This document shows positions 41,366 to 52,279 of a stretch of DNA of 64,000 nt, one piece after another. Source of the DNA: an uncultured Chloroflexia bacterium. GTDB taxonomy: Bacteria; Chloroflexota; Anaerolineae; Anaerolineales; UBA4823. Position 1 is the stretch's first letter. Every line of letters starts with the position of its first letter. Location: positions 376,369-440,368 of the forward strand of contig CAWBUW010000002.1 of NCBI GenBank assembly GCA_963792075.1, written 5' to 3'. Below the pieces are notes generated by a model that worked only from the letters and a program-made list of their open reading frames with translations, did no database searches and was not told where the DNA came from. The translations under genes were made by a program, and so were the position numbers.

Positions 41366-41458
41366 TGGGAGTTGCCGTGGTAGGGCGGTTAAGTGGGGGT
41401 GTTTTGCGGGCAAAGCCCGCAAAACACCCCCACATTTGCCCAACCACGGCGATTCCCA
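41366..41458. mobile_element. 93-bp MITE-like hairpin element (GCAAAGC apex)
   Basis: TIRs tgggagttgccgtggt / accacggcgattccca. Core resembles the 5393 and 47308 elements. A 33-bp end is repeated inverted at 52238-52270. Confidence 0.7.
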
Positions 41459-41515
41459 GAAAGCCATTTTGGAACGATCACGGAAGCTTGGGTTAGGGAG
41501 TACAATTAATAACAA

Positions 41516-42850
41516 ATGCGCCTCAACCTCCGCTGGTTCCCTGTCCTTGTGGGTCTGATTGCCCTGCTCCAGGTCCTTTCTCCCAGCCTGGCCTGGCAGG
41601 CGCTTTTGGTTGTTTTGGGTGGTGGTTGGTTGTTGGCCTATCTATGGGCGCGCTCGCTGCGCCGGCGCCTGGCGCTGGTGCGAGAAATGCGCTTCGGCTG
41701 GGCGCAGGTGGGCGACCGGCTGCAAGAACGCTTTACTTTGATCAACCGCAGCCGGCTGCCGGGATTGTGGGTAGACGTGTTGGACAGCTCCACCCTGCCT
41801 GGCTCCTCAGGCGACCGGGCGCGCTCGATTGATCCTCGGGACCGCCAGCAGTGGCTGGTAGAGCGGATTTGCACCCGTCGTGGGCTGTATCTGCTGGGCC
41901 CAACCAGGCTGCGCACGAGCGATCCTTTCGGCTTATATACAATCACTTTAGAATACCCGGAAACAACTGCGCTGCTGGTGATGCCTCCGGTGGTGCCGCT
42001 GCCCGAGATCCAGGTCTCACCCGGCGGGCAGGCCGGCGAGGGTCGCCGCTCGCGACCGGACTTTTTCGAGCGCACGGTCAACGCCAGCGGCGTGCGTGAA
42101 TATATCCAGGGCGATTATTTAAAGGATATTCACTGGCCTACCACAGCCCGGCGAGGCAAGATGTATGTGCGCCTGTTCGACAGCACTCCCGCCAGCGACT
42201 GGTGGATTTTCCTGGACCTGGAGCAGCGCGTCCAGGTTGGCCAGGAGGCGGATGCCACGCAAGAACATGCCATCGTGCTGGCTGCTTCCCTGGTAGACCA
42301 GGGCATGCGCACCGGGCGTCCGGTAGGACTGGTAGCCTGCGGGCCAGACCTGGTCTGGCAGGCGCCGCGCGTGGGCGCCGACCAGCGCATGGGACTGCTG
42401 CGCAGCCTGGCTTTGGTAAATACGGGCAGCGTACCCCTGCAGGCCCTGCTGGAACGGGCCCAGCCGCGTTTCCAACGCGGCGCCAGCCTGGTCATCATCA
42501 CACCCAACGCCGGAGGGGAATGGGTGCAGGCCATGTTACCTTTGATGCAGGTAGGCCTGGCTCCTACCGTGCTGCTGCTGGACCCGGTCTCCTTTGGTGG
42601 AGCAGGGGATATGCGCCCGGTGGAAGGCCTGCTGGCAGGGTTGGGGGTACGCCATTACCGGATTCAGCGTGACCTGCTCAACCGGCCCGAAGCGCGCCCG
42701 GGCCGCCAGGGGCAGTGGGAGTGGCGCGTGCTCACCTCTGGGCGCATCCTACCGGTACACCTCCCCGAAGATGATCTCTGGTATGGGTTGGGCGCCAGCC
42801 GCGCCGAAAAAGGACAGCGCGCAGATCACAAGGTGGACCCAGATGGATGA
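41516..42850 (+). CDS. DUF58 domain protein
   Basis: RRGLY...DPFGL, GVREY..GD...IHWPTTARRG. Confidence 0.88.
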   Translation: MRLNLRWFPVLVGLIALLQVLSPSLAWQALLVVLGGGWLLAYLWARSLRRRLALVREMRFGWAQVGDRLQERFTLINRSRLPGLWVDVLDSSTLPGSSGDRARSIDPRDRQQWLVERICTRRGLYLLGPTRLRTSDPFGLYTITLEYPETTALLVMPPVVPLPEIQVSPGGQAGEGRRSRPDFFERTVNASGVREYIQGDYLKDIHWPTTARRGKMYVRLFDSTPASDWWIFLDLEQRVQVGQEADATQEHAIVLAASLVDQGMRTGRPVGLVACGPDLVWQAPRVGADQRMGLLRSLALVNTGSVPLQALLERAQPRFQRGASLVIITPNAGGEWVQAMLPLMQVGLAPTVLLLDPVSFGGAGDMRPVEGLLAGLGVRHYRIQRDLLNRPEARPGRQGQWEWRVLTSGRILPVHLPEDDLWYGLGASRAEKGQRADHKVDPDG

Positions 42851-45281
42851 TCTGTTCTGGAGCTTGATGAAGATACTCTACCGTCGCCTGGGATGGGGGG
42901 CGCTGATAAAACTGGCGCTGTTATTTGCCCTGGCGATGACCTCCGCCTCCGGGATCAGCTCGGTGTTACGCGATCTTAAGCCGGCTGCCCTGGCGCCTTA
43001 TGTCCTGGCGGCGCTGCTGGCGGCCTGGGCATTGCACAGCTTGCGCCTGCCGGGTTGGCTGGCAGGGCTGCTGCTGCTGGCCGGAGGTGGGGTGGGTGTC
43101 CTGGGGGTGATCGGACGTTTGGGCAGGCCCGTATTACAGTTGGCGCTGGCCTTGGGCACCATCCACCCTGTTCGCATCGAAGGCCTCGGATGGCGCCTGC
43201 AGGCGGGTGCGCTTCCAGCGGCCTGGCAGGCCCTGGGGAGCGCTTTCCAGGGGTTGGCAGTCCGGCTGGGAGCCTGGTTCAGTGGCATGGCGGGACTGCA
43301 AGCCGTGTATGACCCGCTGGCTGCTGCGTTGGCCTGGAGCCTGTGCGCCTGGCTTCTGGTTGCCTGGATGGGTTGGTGGGCCCTGCGGAGGGAAAACGTG
43401 CTCCTGGGGCTGGCGCCGCTGGTGGGCCTGCTGGCCTGGGCTTTGTACTTCACCCGCGCTCAAGTCCATTTGCTCATCCTGGCGCTGGCATTGGGCTGCA
43501 CGCTGCAGATCCTGACCTTGCATCTGGAGCACACAAAACGCTGGCAGACTGCCGGGCTGGTCGCGCCGGATAATCAATTGGCGTTATCCCTGGTAATCCT
43601 CCTGATCGTAGGGGGGCTGTCTACTGCTGCCTGGCTGGCGACCTCGTTCCCCTTAGAACGGATCGAGAGAATGGTACGCGCCTTACTGACGACCGAAGAG
43701 CCTCTTGCGCCTTTGAGCGAGTCCGTAGGAGAAGCGCTGGGGCTTCAAGTGCAGACACAGCCTCGTGACTTGTTCGGGCGCGCCTTGCAGCCGACCCTGC
43801 CCAGCCAGCACCTGCTCACCGGCGGCACGGAGCTCTCCGAGACAGCGGTGATGTGGATCTCCCTGGAGGGTTACGCGGCCATGCCACCCGTAGCGGGACC
43901 CACTGTCCCTGAGCCGCCGCGGTATTACTGGCGCAGCCTGGCTTACAACCGTTACAATGGCACCGGCTGGTATTCTGATCCCACCACCACCCAGGCGTAC
44001 CAGGCCGAAACACTGCTCAACAGGGCGGGGGACGAGAAAATATCCTTGGGCCCGTATGACCGGATCGTCCGCCAGCGGGTACGCGTTTTCCGCCAGGGGG
44101 GAGGCGCCGTCTTCTACACCGGCGAGCTGCTCACGGTTGACCAGGATTACGAAGTTGCCTGGCGGCGCACCGCCGAGCCAGGAGACGCGCTGGGAGCGCT
44201 GGTTCAGGAGAATTCTTACCAGGCGGTCTCACGCTTTACAGATGTAAGCGCAGAGTCGCTCCGCCAGGCGGGCAGCGCCTATCCGGACTGGGTGTTGGCA
44301 CGCTACCTGGCGCTGCCTGAGGAGCTGCCCCAGCGGGTGGTTGACCTGGCGCTGGATCTTACCGCCACCCAGCCCACGCCTTTTGACCGCGCCCTGGCGC
44401 TGGAAACCTATTTACGCAGCACCTTCAGCTATACTCTGGATATCCCTACGCCGCCCAAAGATCGTGACCTGGTGGATTATTTCTTGTTTGATTTACAGCG
44501 GGGATACTGTGATTATTATGCCAGCGCTATGGCAGTGATGGCGCGGGCAGCCGGATTGCCCTCCCGGCTGGTTACGGGATACGTAGGCGGAAAGTGGGAT
44601 GCGCAGAATGGGCGCATTACAGTCACCCAAGCTGAGGCCCACTCCTGGGTGGAGGTTTATTTTCCAGGATATGGTTGGATGATCTTTGAACCGACCGCAG
44701 GGCGAGCAGCGCTGGAACGCAAGGGATCACCCGCACCAGGACGGGCCGTTCCGGAGGATCTGCTGGCGGGGCCAACTCGGATAAGCTGGCAGGATTGGCC
44801 TGCCCGTTTAGAGAAGGCGCTGCAAGAGAATTGGGTCTGGGTGGTGCTGGGCGCCGGCTTGAGCTTCTATTTGCTGGCGCACGCGGATGGCTGGCGGCTG
44901 CGTGCGCGCCCGCCCCAGGCAACGGTGGCGATGGTTTACAGGCGGGTGTACCAACAGGCTTTTCACCTGGGGGTGCAGCCTGGGCCAGGAGGCACGCTGC
45001 GCGAGTTTTCTCAGCGCCTGGTGCAGACGCTGGAGCAGTTGGCTGCCAGCGGCTGGTGGCAGGTTGACCTGGCGCGCCTGGCCGATGATGTGCGCGGGTT
45101 GAGCAATCTGTATGAGCAGGCCTTGTTCAGCCAGCGCCAGCTCGGCAAAGCAGACCAGCGGCGCTGTATCAAAATCTGGCAGCGCATGCGCCCGCGTTTT
45201 TGGCTGGCACGGCTGCGTATGCTCAGAAAAGAGAGGTCAGTTGGAAACAGTCTCAGCCAGGTTGTGGATCCAACGGCGTGA
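42843..45281 (+). CDS. Transglutaminase-like membrane protein (TgpA/DUF3488-type)
   Basis: Multiple TMs, YYWR, GYCDYYASAMAVMAR..GLPSR, AHSWVEVY, FEPT. Confidence 0.88.
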   Translation: MDDLFWSLMKILYRRLGWGALIKLALLFALAMTSASGISSVLRDLKPAALAPYVLAALLAAWALHSLRLPGWLAGLLLLAGGGVGVLGVIGRLGRPVLQLALALGTIHPVRIEGLGWRLQAGALPAAWQALGSAFQGLAVRLGAWFSGMAGLQAVYDPLAAALAWSLCAWLLVAWMGWWALRRENVLLGLAPLVGLLAWALYFTRAQVHLLILALALGCTLQILTLHLEHTKRWQTAGLVAPDNQLALSLVILLIVGGLSTAAWLATSFPLERIERMVRALLTTEEPLAPLSESVGEALGLQVQTQPRDLFGRALQPTLPSQHLLTGGTELSETAVMWISLEGYAAMPPVAGPTVPEPPRYYWRSLAYNRYNGTGWYSDPTTTQAYQAETLLNRAGDEKISLGPYDRIVRQRVRVFRQGGGAVFYTGELLTVDQDYEVAWRRTAEPGDALGALVQENSYQAVSRFTDVSAESLRQAGSAYPDWVLARYLALPEELPQRVVDLALDLTATQPTPFDRALALETYLRSTFSYTLDIPTPPKDRDLVDYFLFDLQRGYCDYYASAMAVMARAAGLPSRLVTGYVGGKWDAQNGRITVTQAEAHSWVEVYFPGYGWMIFEPTAGRAALERKGSPAPGRAVPEDLLAGPTRISWQDWPARLEKALQENWVWVVLGAGLSFYLLAHADGWRLRARPPQATVAMVYRRVYQQAFHLGVQPGPGGTLREFSQRLVQTLEQLAASGWWQVDLARLADDVRGLSNLYEQALFSQRQLGKADQRRCIKIWQRMRPRFWLARLRMLRKERSVGNSLSQVVDPTA

Positions 45282-46628
45282 GAAGAAACGCCACAAGGCG
45301 ACCACCCATTTGGTAAATTCTTCACCCATGGCCAGGAAATAGACCCAATACACCGGCAGGTGGAAGAGAAACGCCCCGGTAAAAGCCAACGGTACGCCCA
45401 CCACCCAGATGGTTAAGCCATCCATGATCAGGCCAAAGCGTGTGTCCCCACCTGACCGGAATGCGCCGATATAAAGGATCATGTTGGATGCCCGCATCCA
45501 GAGCAGGGCCGCCATGATATTGAGGATTTTTTGGGTCGCCTCAATGACCTCAGGCGAGACTTTGTAGAATGTCAGGATAAAAGGGGAGCCCAGCCGCACC
45601 AGCAAGCCGGTGACCAGCGCCAGGAGGATGCCCAGGCCAAGCGAACGCAAGGCATAGCGGAAGGCCTGTTTTTCATCGCCGGCGCCAATCCAATAGCCGA
45701 CCAGGATGGCGCAGGCGTTGCCGATGCCAATGAAGACTGTAAACGCCAGGCCATCGATTGTGCTGAATATGTTCATCGCCGCAATGGACTCGGTGCCAAT
45801 GCGCGCATAGGCGACGCTGTAAGCGGTGATGCCGAACGACCACAAGATTTCGTTTATCGCCACGGGGAGTACAGGCCGGAGCACTTTCCAGGAGAAGGCG
45901 GGATCGAACTGGCGCAGTTGGCTCAGCGTGGCAGCCGCGGGTGAGTTGCGCCGGTATACCAGCCACACCAAAGCCAGGCATTCCAGGATGCGGGCGATCA
46001 ATGTGGCGTAAGCCGCCCCCTGGACGCCCAGGCGGGGCAGGCCCAGGGAACCAAAGATCAGCACATAACTGAGCAGCATATTCAGGCTCAACGCCCCAAG
46101 GCTGACGACCAGCGGCGTGCGCACGTCGCCGGTGCTGCGCACCACGGCAGCATAGCTGTAAGTGACCGAAATGAACAAGAAAGACCAACTAAAGACGCGC
46201 AGATACTGGCTGCCCAGGCGGATCACTTCAGGGTCGGTGGAGTAAATCCCCAGCACGGCCTCGGGGACCACCAGCCCCAGGAAGAAGAACACCAGGCCGG
46301 TCAACAGGCTTAATTTGATCGTCAGGCTCATCACGCGGCGAATGTTGGGGATATCCTGGCGGCCCCATAATTGAGCCGTGAACATGGCTGCGCCACTGTT
46401 GAACCCAAACAAAGCCAGGTTGAGCAGGAAGAAAATTTGATTCGCCAACCCTACCGCGGCAACGGGCGCTTCCCCTAACTGGCCGATGAACATCACGCCG
46501 ACCATGTTGAGCGAAGACATCAGGAACTGCTGCGCAGCGATAGGCAGTGCAATTTGCACCAATCGCCGGTAGTATTCCCGGTCTGTGAAGAACAAAGTGG
46601 TGCGTTGAGCAAAAGACAAAGCGGTCAA
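45237..46628 (-). CDS. MATE-family efflux transporter (start uncertain)
   Basis: About 12 TMs, IALP, GEAPVAAVG, RSTGD, RSGGDT. The upstream ORF extension runs into the repeat element. Confidence 0.85.
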   Translation of the reverse strand: MTALSFAQRTTLFFTDREYYRRLVQIALPIAAQQFLMSSLNMVGVMFIGQLGEAPVAAVGLANQIFFLLNLALFGFNSGAAMFTAQLWGRQDIPNIRRVMSLTIKLSLLTGLVFFFLGLVVPEAVLGIYSTDPEVIRLGSQYLRVFSWSFLFISVTYSYAAVVRSTGDVRTPLVVSLGALSLNMLLSYVLIFGSLGLPRLGVQGAAYATLIARILECLALVWLVYRRNSPAAATLSQLRQFDPAFSWKVLRPVLPVAINEILWSFGITAYSVAYARIGTESIAAMNIFSTIDGLAFTVFIGIGNACAILVGYWIGAGDEKQAFRYALRSLGLGILLALVTGLLVRLGSPFILTFYKVSPEVIEATQKILNIMAALLWMRASNMILYIGAFRSGGDTRFGLIMDGLTIWVVGVPLAFTGAFLFHLPVYWVYFLAMGEEFTKWVVALWRFFSRRWIHNLAETVSN

Positions 46629-46676
46629 ATTGAGCTCCGGTGGTTCGTGTCCGAGTATTTTATCATCTAAAATGAA

Positions 46677-46792
46677 GAGGCTGTCCAAAAAGACGAAAAC
46701 AAGGAGAAAATATACGTACCTGTGGGGTGGTGCGAAGCACCACCCCACAGGTACGTATAAATTTTCTTCCTTTGTTTCTTTTTGGACAGCCC
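46677..46792. mobile_element. Palindromic MITE-like element, copy 2
   Basis: gaggctgtccaaaaag...GCGAAGC...ctttttggacagccc. Confidence 0.8.
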
Positions 46793-46820
46793 AAAGGATC
46801 AGACGCCGGGCGGTGTCGGC

Positions 46821-47166
46821 CTATTCTGGGAGCATTTCCATGTCTTCTGCCAGGGCAGCCTGGCTGCGTAAGTTATCGGTCATCACGGCGCGCAGCAGGT
46901 CCAAAGCCTGGATAACACGTGGGTCAGATACATGATAAACGACTGTCTGTCCATCACGCTGTGCAGCAACCATGCCGCGTTTCGCGCAAAATCTTCAGAT
47001 GACGAGAGACAGTGGGCTGAGGCATACTCAAAAGGTCTGCCAGCTCGGTTACATTCCGAGGGTTTTCATACAGCGTATACAGCAGCATGATGCGGTTTGT
47101 GTCCGCCAGCCCGCTGCACATATGGGCGTGGAGTTGAATCACCTCGTCGCGCAGGTTGCGGTCCAT
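46821..47166 (-). pseudogene. ArsR/SmtB regulator with +1 frameshift (likely sequence error)
   Basis: HTH VTELA...QPTVSRHLKILRE. Removing one T at 46980-46982 gives RGMVAAQRDGQTVVYHVSDPRV...MLPE*. Confidence 0.75.
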
Positions 47167-47307
47167 AAAAGGTTCCTTGAGGAAAAACCAACCGGGAATA
47201 TATGCCTATGTAAATACTTTAAAAAGTGTAGCATTTTTTACCCTGTTTCGTATAGTACACGTTGTCATGTACCGATCGTGACTTTTGTAACAAAACAGGT
47301 AATTGTT

Positions 47308-47391
47308 CGCAACACCTCAATAAAAGGGGGAAAGTGGGGGTATTTTGGGCGGGCAAAGCCCGCCCAAAATACCCCCACTTTCCCCCTTTTA
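47308..47391. repeat. Hairpin element related to 5393 element
   Basis: Left end gcaacacctcaataaaaggg resembles gtaacatctcaataaaaggg. Perfect 33-bp arms around an AAA loop. Confidence 0.72.
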
Positions 47392-47395
47392 AAGT

Positions 47396-47427
47396 ATTTG
47401 CCGGGAGCCTTGCAGCTCCCGGCAAAT
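47396..47427 (-). terminator. Stem-loop downstream of decaheme gene
   Basis: atttgccgggagc-cttgca-gctcccggcaaat. Confidence 0.55.
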
Positions 47428-47475
47428 TTTGTACCTCAGAGTTGGGTCTGAGGTCACAGGACCTAGGGTTGGGGC

Positions 47476-49773
47476 CTAGGGCCGGGTGAACTTGCTAACA
47501 TCACCGCCGAGGTCCTTGATTGAGTCGTAGATGATCTCAAGCACGTACTTCGGGTTGTGAATACCAGCGCCCGGGTTCGAGCGGAGCAAGTGGTAGTTGT
47601 AGGTGGCCTTCAACAGAGCCGGGGTGAAGTTGGCGTAAGCAACTTTCTTGCCATCTTTTTCATCGGCCTTGCCATCGCCATCCGCATCCGCAAAGAAGTA
47701 CGGGCGAGACGTGCGATCGTAGACGATGCCCATGCCGGCTGTATCCTTGGCATAGGTCAGGATCTGAGCTTCCAACGCATCGCGCATCGTGCGGTACTCG
47801 TCGCGGACGCCTTCTGTCACGTTGCCATCGCCGTCCCAGTCAGTCGTATCGGTTGGGAAGCGGATTTCATCCGGGTTGTCAACGCCGTGGCAGGCTTTGC
47901 ACGCTTCAGCCAGGGGGCGGCCATCGTGAACATCGTGACAGCCAACGCAGCCGGCTTTATCGTTTACTGCAATGTGCGTGTTCGCACCCACATAGGTCTG
48001 GTCAGCGTACTCATAAGCGATATGAGCATCGGAGCCGAACCAAATGGCCGCAATGGCCAGGTAGTGGGCGTTCTTGAAGGTGAGCTTGTCGCTGACTTCG
48101 TTCGGATTTGTCACGCCAGCCGCGGAGATAGCACTATCGAGATCCTTATAGGAGGCGCGGCCCTGGTGGCACAGGATGCAGATGTTCGCATCTACCGGTG
48201 TGGTGAACTTGCCATCGGCATCTTTCGGTGCGAAGCTTACGGTCTTGCCGCTGGGCAGAAGTACAGAGGTAACTGCGTAGCGGGCGGGGAAGCCGGCAGC
48301 TTCATCATGGCAGGTTGAGCACATGAAACCATCGCTCGAGTGTTGTGGGCCAATGCCTACATTCGTGGAGGAACCATTGACGTATGCAACGGTACCGCCA
48401 CCCTCGATGAACTCGGGCAGACCGGTGGCGCTGTGGCACTTGGCGCAGCGGTAAGGAACTTCGCCTTCGCTGTCCCAATCGCGGAAGGCCATGGCGGCAC
48501 CCGTGAAGTGACCAGCATCCTCGCGGGTCAACGTCGCCATATCGACCGGGGTAGCCAGCTTGGCGTTCATATCTTCGATGGAGTCGTAGAGCAGCTCGAT
48601 GATGTACTTGCCATTATGGGCAAAGGCGCCAGGATCCTTGACGGAAACCTGGTAGTTATAAGCTGCCTTCAGCAGGCGAGCAGACCAGGCATTATAGCCG
48701 ATCGCCGCACCCTTATCATCCTTGGCGGGCTGGCCATCGGGGCCGGCAACCAGGAAGTAAGGATAGGTTGCACCATCATAGGTGATCGGGGTCTTGGTGA
48801 CCTCGTTGGCATACGTCTGCATCGAGGTGAGCAGGGTTGCCTGCAGGCCAGCGATCTCGGCAGCAATGCCTTCGGTGACGTCACCATTGCCATTGTAATC
48901 CTTGGTCGAAGCCTGGGGCATGCGGATTTTCTGCAGATCTTCCACAGTCTCGACGCCTTCGTGGCACATGCCGCACTTTTCGACACGGACGGCCGTCGCG
49001 TGCTGATCGTGGCAGGCTGTGCAGGTGTCAATGCCCTCGGTGTGGGTGAACTTGACGTCATAGGATTTGCCGTCGTATTCGTAACCCATCTGGGCCTGGG
49101 AGCCATAGAAGGTGGCGCCAGCGGCGAAGTAGTGCACGTTGCGGAAGCCAAATTTAACTTCCTTGCCATCTTTGGTTACCGGTGCGACTACTGCATCTAC
49201 ATCGGTGACGGCAAAGTCAGCGATCTGCTTGTCAACGCTGACCTTGGACTCGCGTCCCTGGTGGCAGGTCATGCAGATGGCTTCGCCCGGTGCAGAGGTC
49301 TCAACAACCTTGCCGGAGGGGAAGGTTACGGAGGTCAATGCCTGGGCGGCCGCGTTGTGGCAGGTTGCGCATTGGATTGTGCCAGCAGGAGCGGGCACGG
49401 CTGCGTCGACTTTGCCAACCTCAGAGCCATCGGCGCCAGCAAAATCCAGGAAGCCCTGGGAAGTGTGGCACTTGGCACAGGAAGTAGGTACTTCGGGGGG
49501 AGTGCTGGCAGTCCAGTGATTGAAGGCTTCAGCATCGACCGCATTGTGGCCAGAGCTGGCCCAGGCGTCCTGATAGGGGACATCCTTCACCACCGGCGCT
49601 ACCGGTTCAGGGCAGGCAGGGGCTTCCGCAGCGGGAGCTGCCGTAGGACAAACTTTTTCTGCAACGACCGGGGCTTCGACGGCCGGTGTCGCTGAAGGGG
49701 CTGAACAAGCTGCCAGGACCAGGGTGAGGCCCAGCAGCAGCAGCCCTAAAATTATCAGTGTTTTTGCTTTCAT
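47476..49773 (-). CDS. Decaheme c-type cytochrome lipoprotein (two tandem 5-heme modules)
   Basis: LAAC lipobox, 10 CxxCH, internal duplication. Confidence 0.9.
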   Translation of the reverse strand: MKAKTLIILGLLLLGLTLVLAACSAPSATPAVEAPVVAEKVCPTAAPAAEAPACPEPVAPVVKDVPYQDAWASSGHNAVDAEAFNHWTASTPPEVPTSCAKCHTSQGFLDFAGADGSEVGKVDAAVPAPAGTIQCATCHNAAAQALTSVTFPSGKVVETSAPGEAICMTCHQGRESKVSVDKQIADFAVTDVDAVVAPVTKDGKEVKFGFRNVHYFAAGATFYGSQAQMGYEYDGKSYDVKFTHTEGIDTCTACHDQHATAVRVEKCGMCHEGVETVEDLQKIRMPQASTKDYNGNGDVTEGIAAEIAGLQATLLTSMQTYANEVTKTPITYDGATYPYFLVAGPDGQPAKDDKGAAIGYNAWSARLLKAAYNYQVSVKDPGAFAHNGKYIIELLYDSIEDMNAKLATPVDMATLTREDAGHFTGAAMAFRDWDSEGEVPYRCAKCHSATGLPEFIEGGGTVAYVNGSSTNVGIGPQHSSDGFMCSTCHDEAAGFPARYAVTSVLLPSGKTVSFAPKDADGKFTTPVDANICILCHQGRASYKDLDSAISAAGVTNPNEVSDKLTFKNAHYLAIAAIWFGSDAHIAYEYADQTYVGANTHIAVNDKAGCVGCHDVHDGRPLAEACKACHGVDNPDEIRFPTDTTDWDGDGNVTEGVRDEYRTMRDALEAQILTYAKDTAGMGIVYDRTSRPYFFADADGDGKADEKDGKKVAYANFTPALLKATYNYHLLRSNPGAGIHNPKYVLEIIYDSIKDLGGDVSKFTRP

Positions 49774-49985
49774 TTACATTCTCCTCAGTGAATTTATTAC
49801 TAAACATTATTGAAACGGGGCTATTCTTCCTCTTACTACAATAAAATCGATTCTCCTTTCTCTTTAGAATATATGTGAAAAACCTCATAAACAGACATAC
49901 CGTGCAATTGTACACCAGAAATGAGAAATCGATTAGTGAAATTTACAACTTCTAATCTAAGTTTACAGGATTGTAAGCAACCAAA

Positions 49986-50029
49986 AAGCGAAAAGTCAGG
50001 GGTGCAATTGCACCCCTGACTTTTCGCTT
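49986..50029. terminator. Perfect 44-bp palindrome, probable terminator
   Basis: aagcgaaaagtcaggggtgcaa|ttgcacccctgacttttcgctt just after the stop at 50045. Confidence 0.65.
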
Positions 50030-50044
50030 AAGAAAGAAAGGAGA

Positions 50045-51740
50045 CTACTTTTCAGGCGCGCCCTGTTGGATCCACTGCTTTAGCGCTTCCAATTCCTGCG
50101 CATCGAGCTGGCCAAAGTGGCCTGCCGGTTGGCTTTGTTTTTGAACGATCAGGCTGTTGGCCGGGTCCCCGGATACGATCACAGACCCATTGGTCCCGCC
50201 TTTCATCAGGCCGGCGTAACTGGTAAGATCCAACCCCATCATGCCTCCGGGGGTGTGGCAGGCACCACAGCGTGATTTCAGCAGAGGGCCAAAAGTCGCC
50301 TCATAAGTTAATGGGCTTCCGCCGATGGGAGCAGACGGTGTCGGCGTTGGCGGGATTTGAGATTGCAGAATCTCGCGTAGCTTGGGGGCGTTGAAGCCGG
50401 CAAATTCCCACACGTTGCTATGGCAGGCGCTGTTCGAGCAGAAAGAGGTGTTATCGGTGCCGCCTGGGTTGCTTGTGTTGTGACAGGTAGAGCAAGTGGA
50501 ATCAAACGCATCGCGGTGCAAGCCGATCCAGTTCGAGCTCAGGTGCGATTCGGGTTCAGGACCCCGGCTGATCTCAATATCGGTGACGAAATCTTGTGCG
50601 CCGGCAACGACCGGGATCGAGTGACACAGGTTACATTCCAGCGGCACGGATTCATTGTTGGCGTCCAAGTGCTTGCCATCATGGCAGCGGAAGCAGCCAG
50701 GTGTATAACGGTGGCCTACGTTGTTTGGGTGGGTATTCCAATCCGATTTTTGGTCCAGATAAACCGAACTGGTGTAGATATCCTGGACGGCTTTGATCGC
50801 TGTCTGGATTTTCTCCTGGTTCTGGCTGTAATAATCTGGGTAGTAAGACTTGTAGAAATCATCCAGGGCGGCAATGCGGTTCAGCCCCTGGGTCTCGCTG
50901 GTGTATGCGCCGCGCAGTACTTCGATGCTCTGTCGCCGGATTTCGGGGATGCCAACGTCAATTAGCTTCAGATTTATGGAACTATCCACCGAGACTTCGG
51001 GCATGGGGACCAGGTGGGTGATCCGGTTGTGGCAGGTGATGCAGTCCATATCTTTTAGATCGGTTTCTTTGATGCTGGAAGGGTCAAAGCCGGACTCGAT
51101 ATCCACAAATTCACTGTAAGTACCGTCGTCATTATATACACGCACGTAAGGGATGATCTGTTGTTCGAGGTCAGAGGAGTAGTACAGGACGCGGTTTTCG
51201 ATGTGCCAGTGAATGCCTTTCCCCAATCCCTGGCGCTTACTGCCGCCGCCGGTCTTCAGGATCACGAAGGTGCTCGAGGGGGTGTTATCCCGGTCATCCC
51301 CGAAGGTACGGATTTCCTTCAGGCTGTCTGAGGAGAACTTCTCCGGGTAGTGGCATTTTTCGCATGAACTCACGCGCCGGGCGCATGTCTATCGCCCGGA
51401 TGGGGAACTCATAATTATGGAAGAGTGTAGTCACTACGTGGCGTAAGTCGCCTGCCTTGCGGGTGAACTGCGTGGCGATAAAACCTCGGCCAAGATGACA
51501 TTCCACACAGGCAACGCGAGCATGCGGGGAAACCTCATAAGCGGTATATTCTGGCGGCATGGTGTGGCAGGTTTCGCCACAGAAGGGGGCCGAATTGGTA
51601 TATTCCCAACCATAGGCCCCGCCTACCAGCAGGGCGACGGTTAACAAACCCAAGACGGCATATGGCAGTACCTTGATCCAGGTCGGGGTTTCCTGGGGAG
51701 GGAAGAAGAACCTCCTAAGCATTGCAGTAAATTTTTTCAT
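50045..51740 (-). CDS. NapC/NirT-family membrane-anchored multiheme cytochrome (7 CxxCH + CX3CH + CX4CH), +1 frameshift at ~51367
   Basis: N-terminal TM, EYTNSAPFCGETCH, SPHARVACVECH. Removing one base joins RPARE-SCEKCH. Confidence 0.8.
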
Positions 51741-51871
51741 TATTTCTCGTTTCTCCTTAGCTAAATCTAATCTCTATTTTATCCGAAAAAATGAAATTAA
51801 ATGAATTTTAATAAAAAGTGGCGATGCTGTTATTTTCAGCCATCGCCACAAACCACTGAGGAGAGGTTTTT

Positions 51872-52153
51872 CTATTTGTTTGGAACGTCCGCTTTTTGGA
51901 GCCGTGCCAGCCAGACGGTGATCATGATCACCAACATCCCTGCTGCCATCCCAGCCACTTCAGGCAGCCGCTCTGTGATCTCAATCACCAGTGGGCGACC
52001 GATCCGAGTGGGGGTGAGCATGAATTCAACGAAAGCGTTGATCAGGCTGGTCAGGTGAGTGATTACATATCCATCGATCACAATCGCAGCCGCCACGAAT
52101 GGGGCAGCGATCACGATAGTCCACAATGAGATGTACAGGTTGATCTTTTTCAT
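51872..52153 (-). CDS. Small 2-TM membrane protein
   Basis: Two hydrophobic segments, SD AAGGAGG. Confidence 0.6.
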   Translation of the reverse strand: MKKINLYISLWTIVIAAPFVAAAIVIDGYVITHLTSLINAFVEFMLTPTRIGRPLVIEITERLPEVAGMAAGMLVIMITVWLARLQKADVPNK

Positions 52154-52237
52154 CGCAGCCTCCTTCCTTTTCTTTAACTATAAGATACTCCCTCTTGGGG
52201 GCATATTCAATAGGGAAAGCAGCCTATTTTGGGGGGA

Positions 52238-52270
52238 TAACCGCCCTACCACGGCAACTCCCAATGAACC
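52238..52270 (-). repeat. Solo end of the 41366-type element
   Basis: Exact reverse complement of 41359-41391 (33 bp). Confidence 0.7.
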
Positions 52271-52279
52271 TATTCTATT

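Noticed and set aside
41516-45281. DUF58 + transglutaminase pair as a novel system
   Set aside because: Well-known MoxR-associated gene pair. Absence of moxR in this window is not informative.
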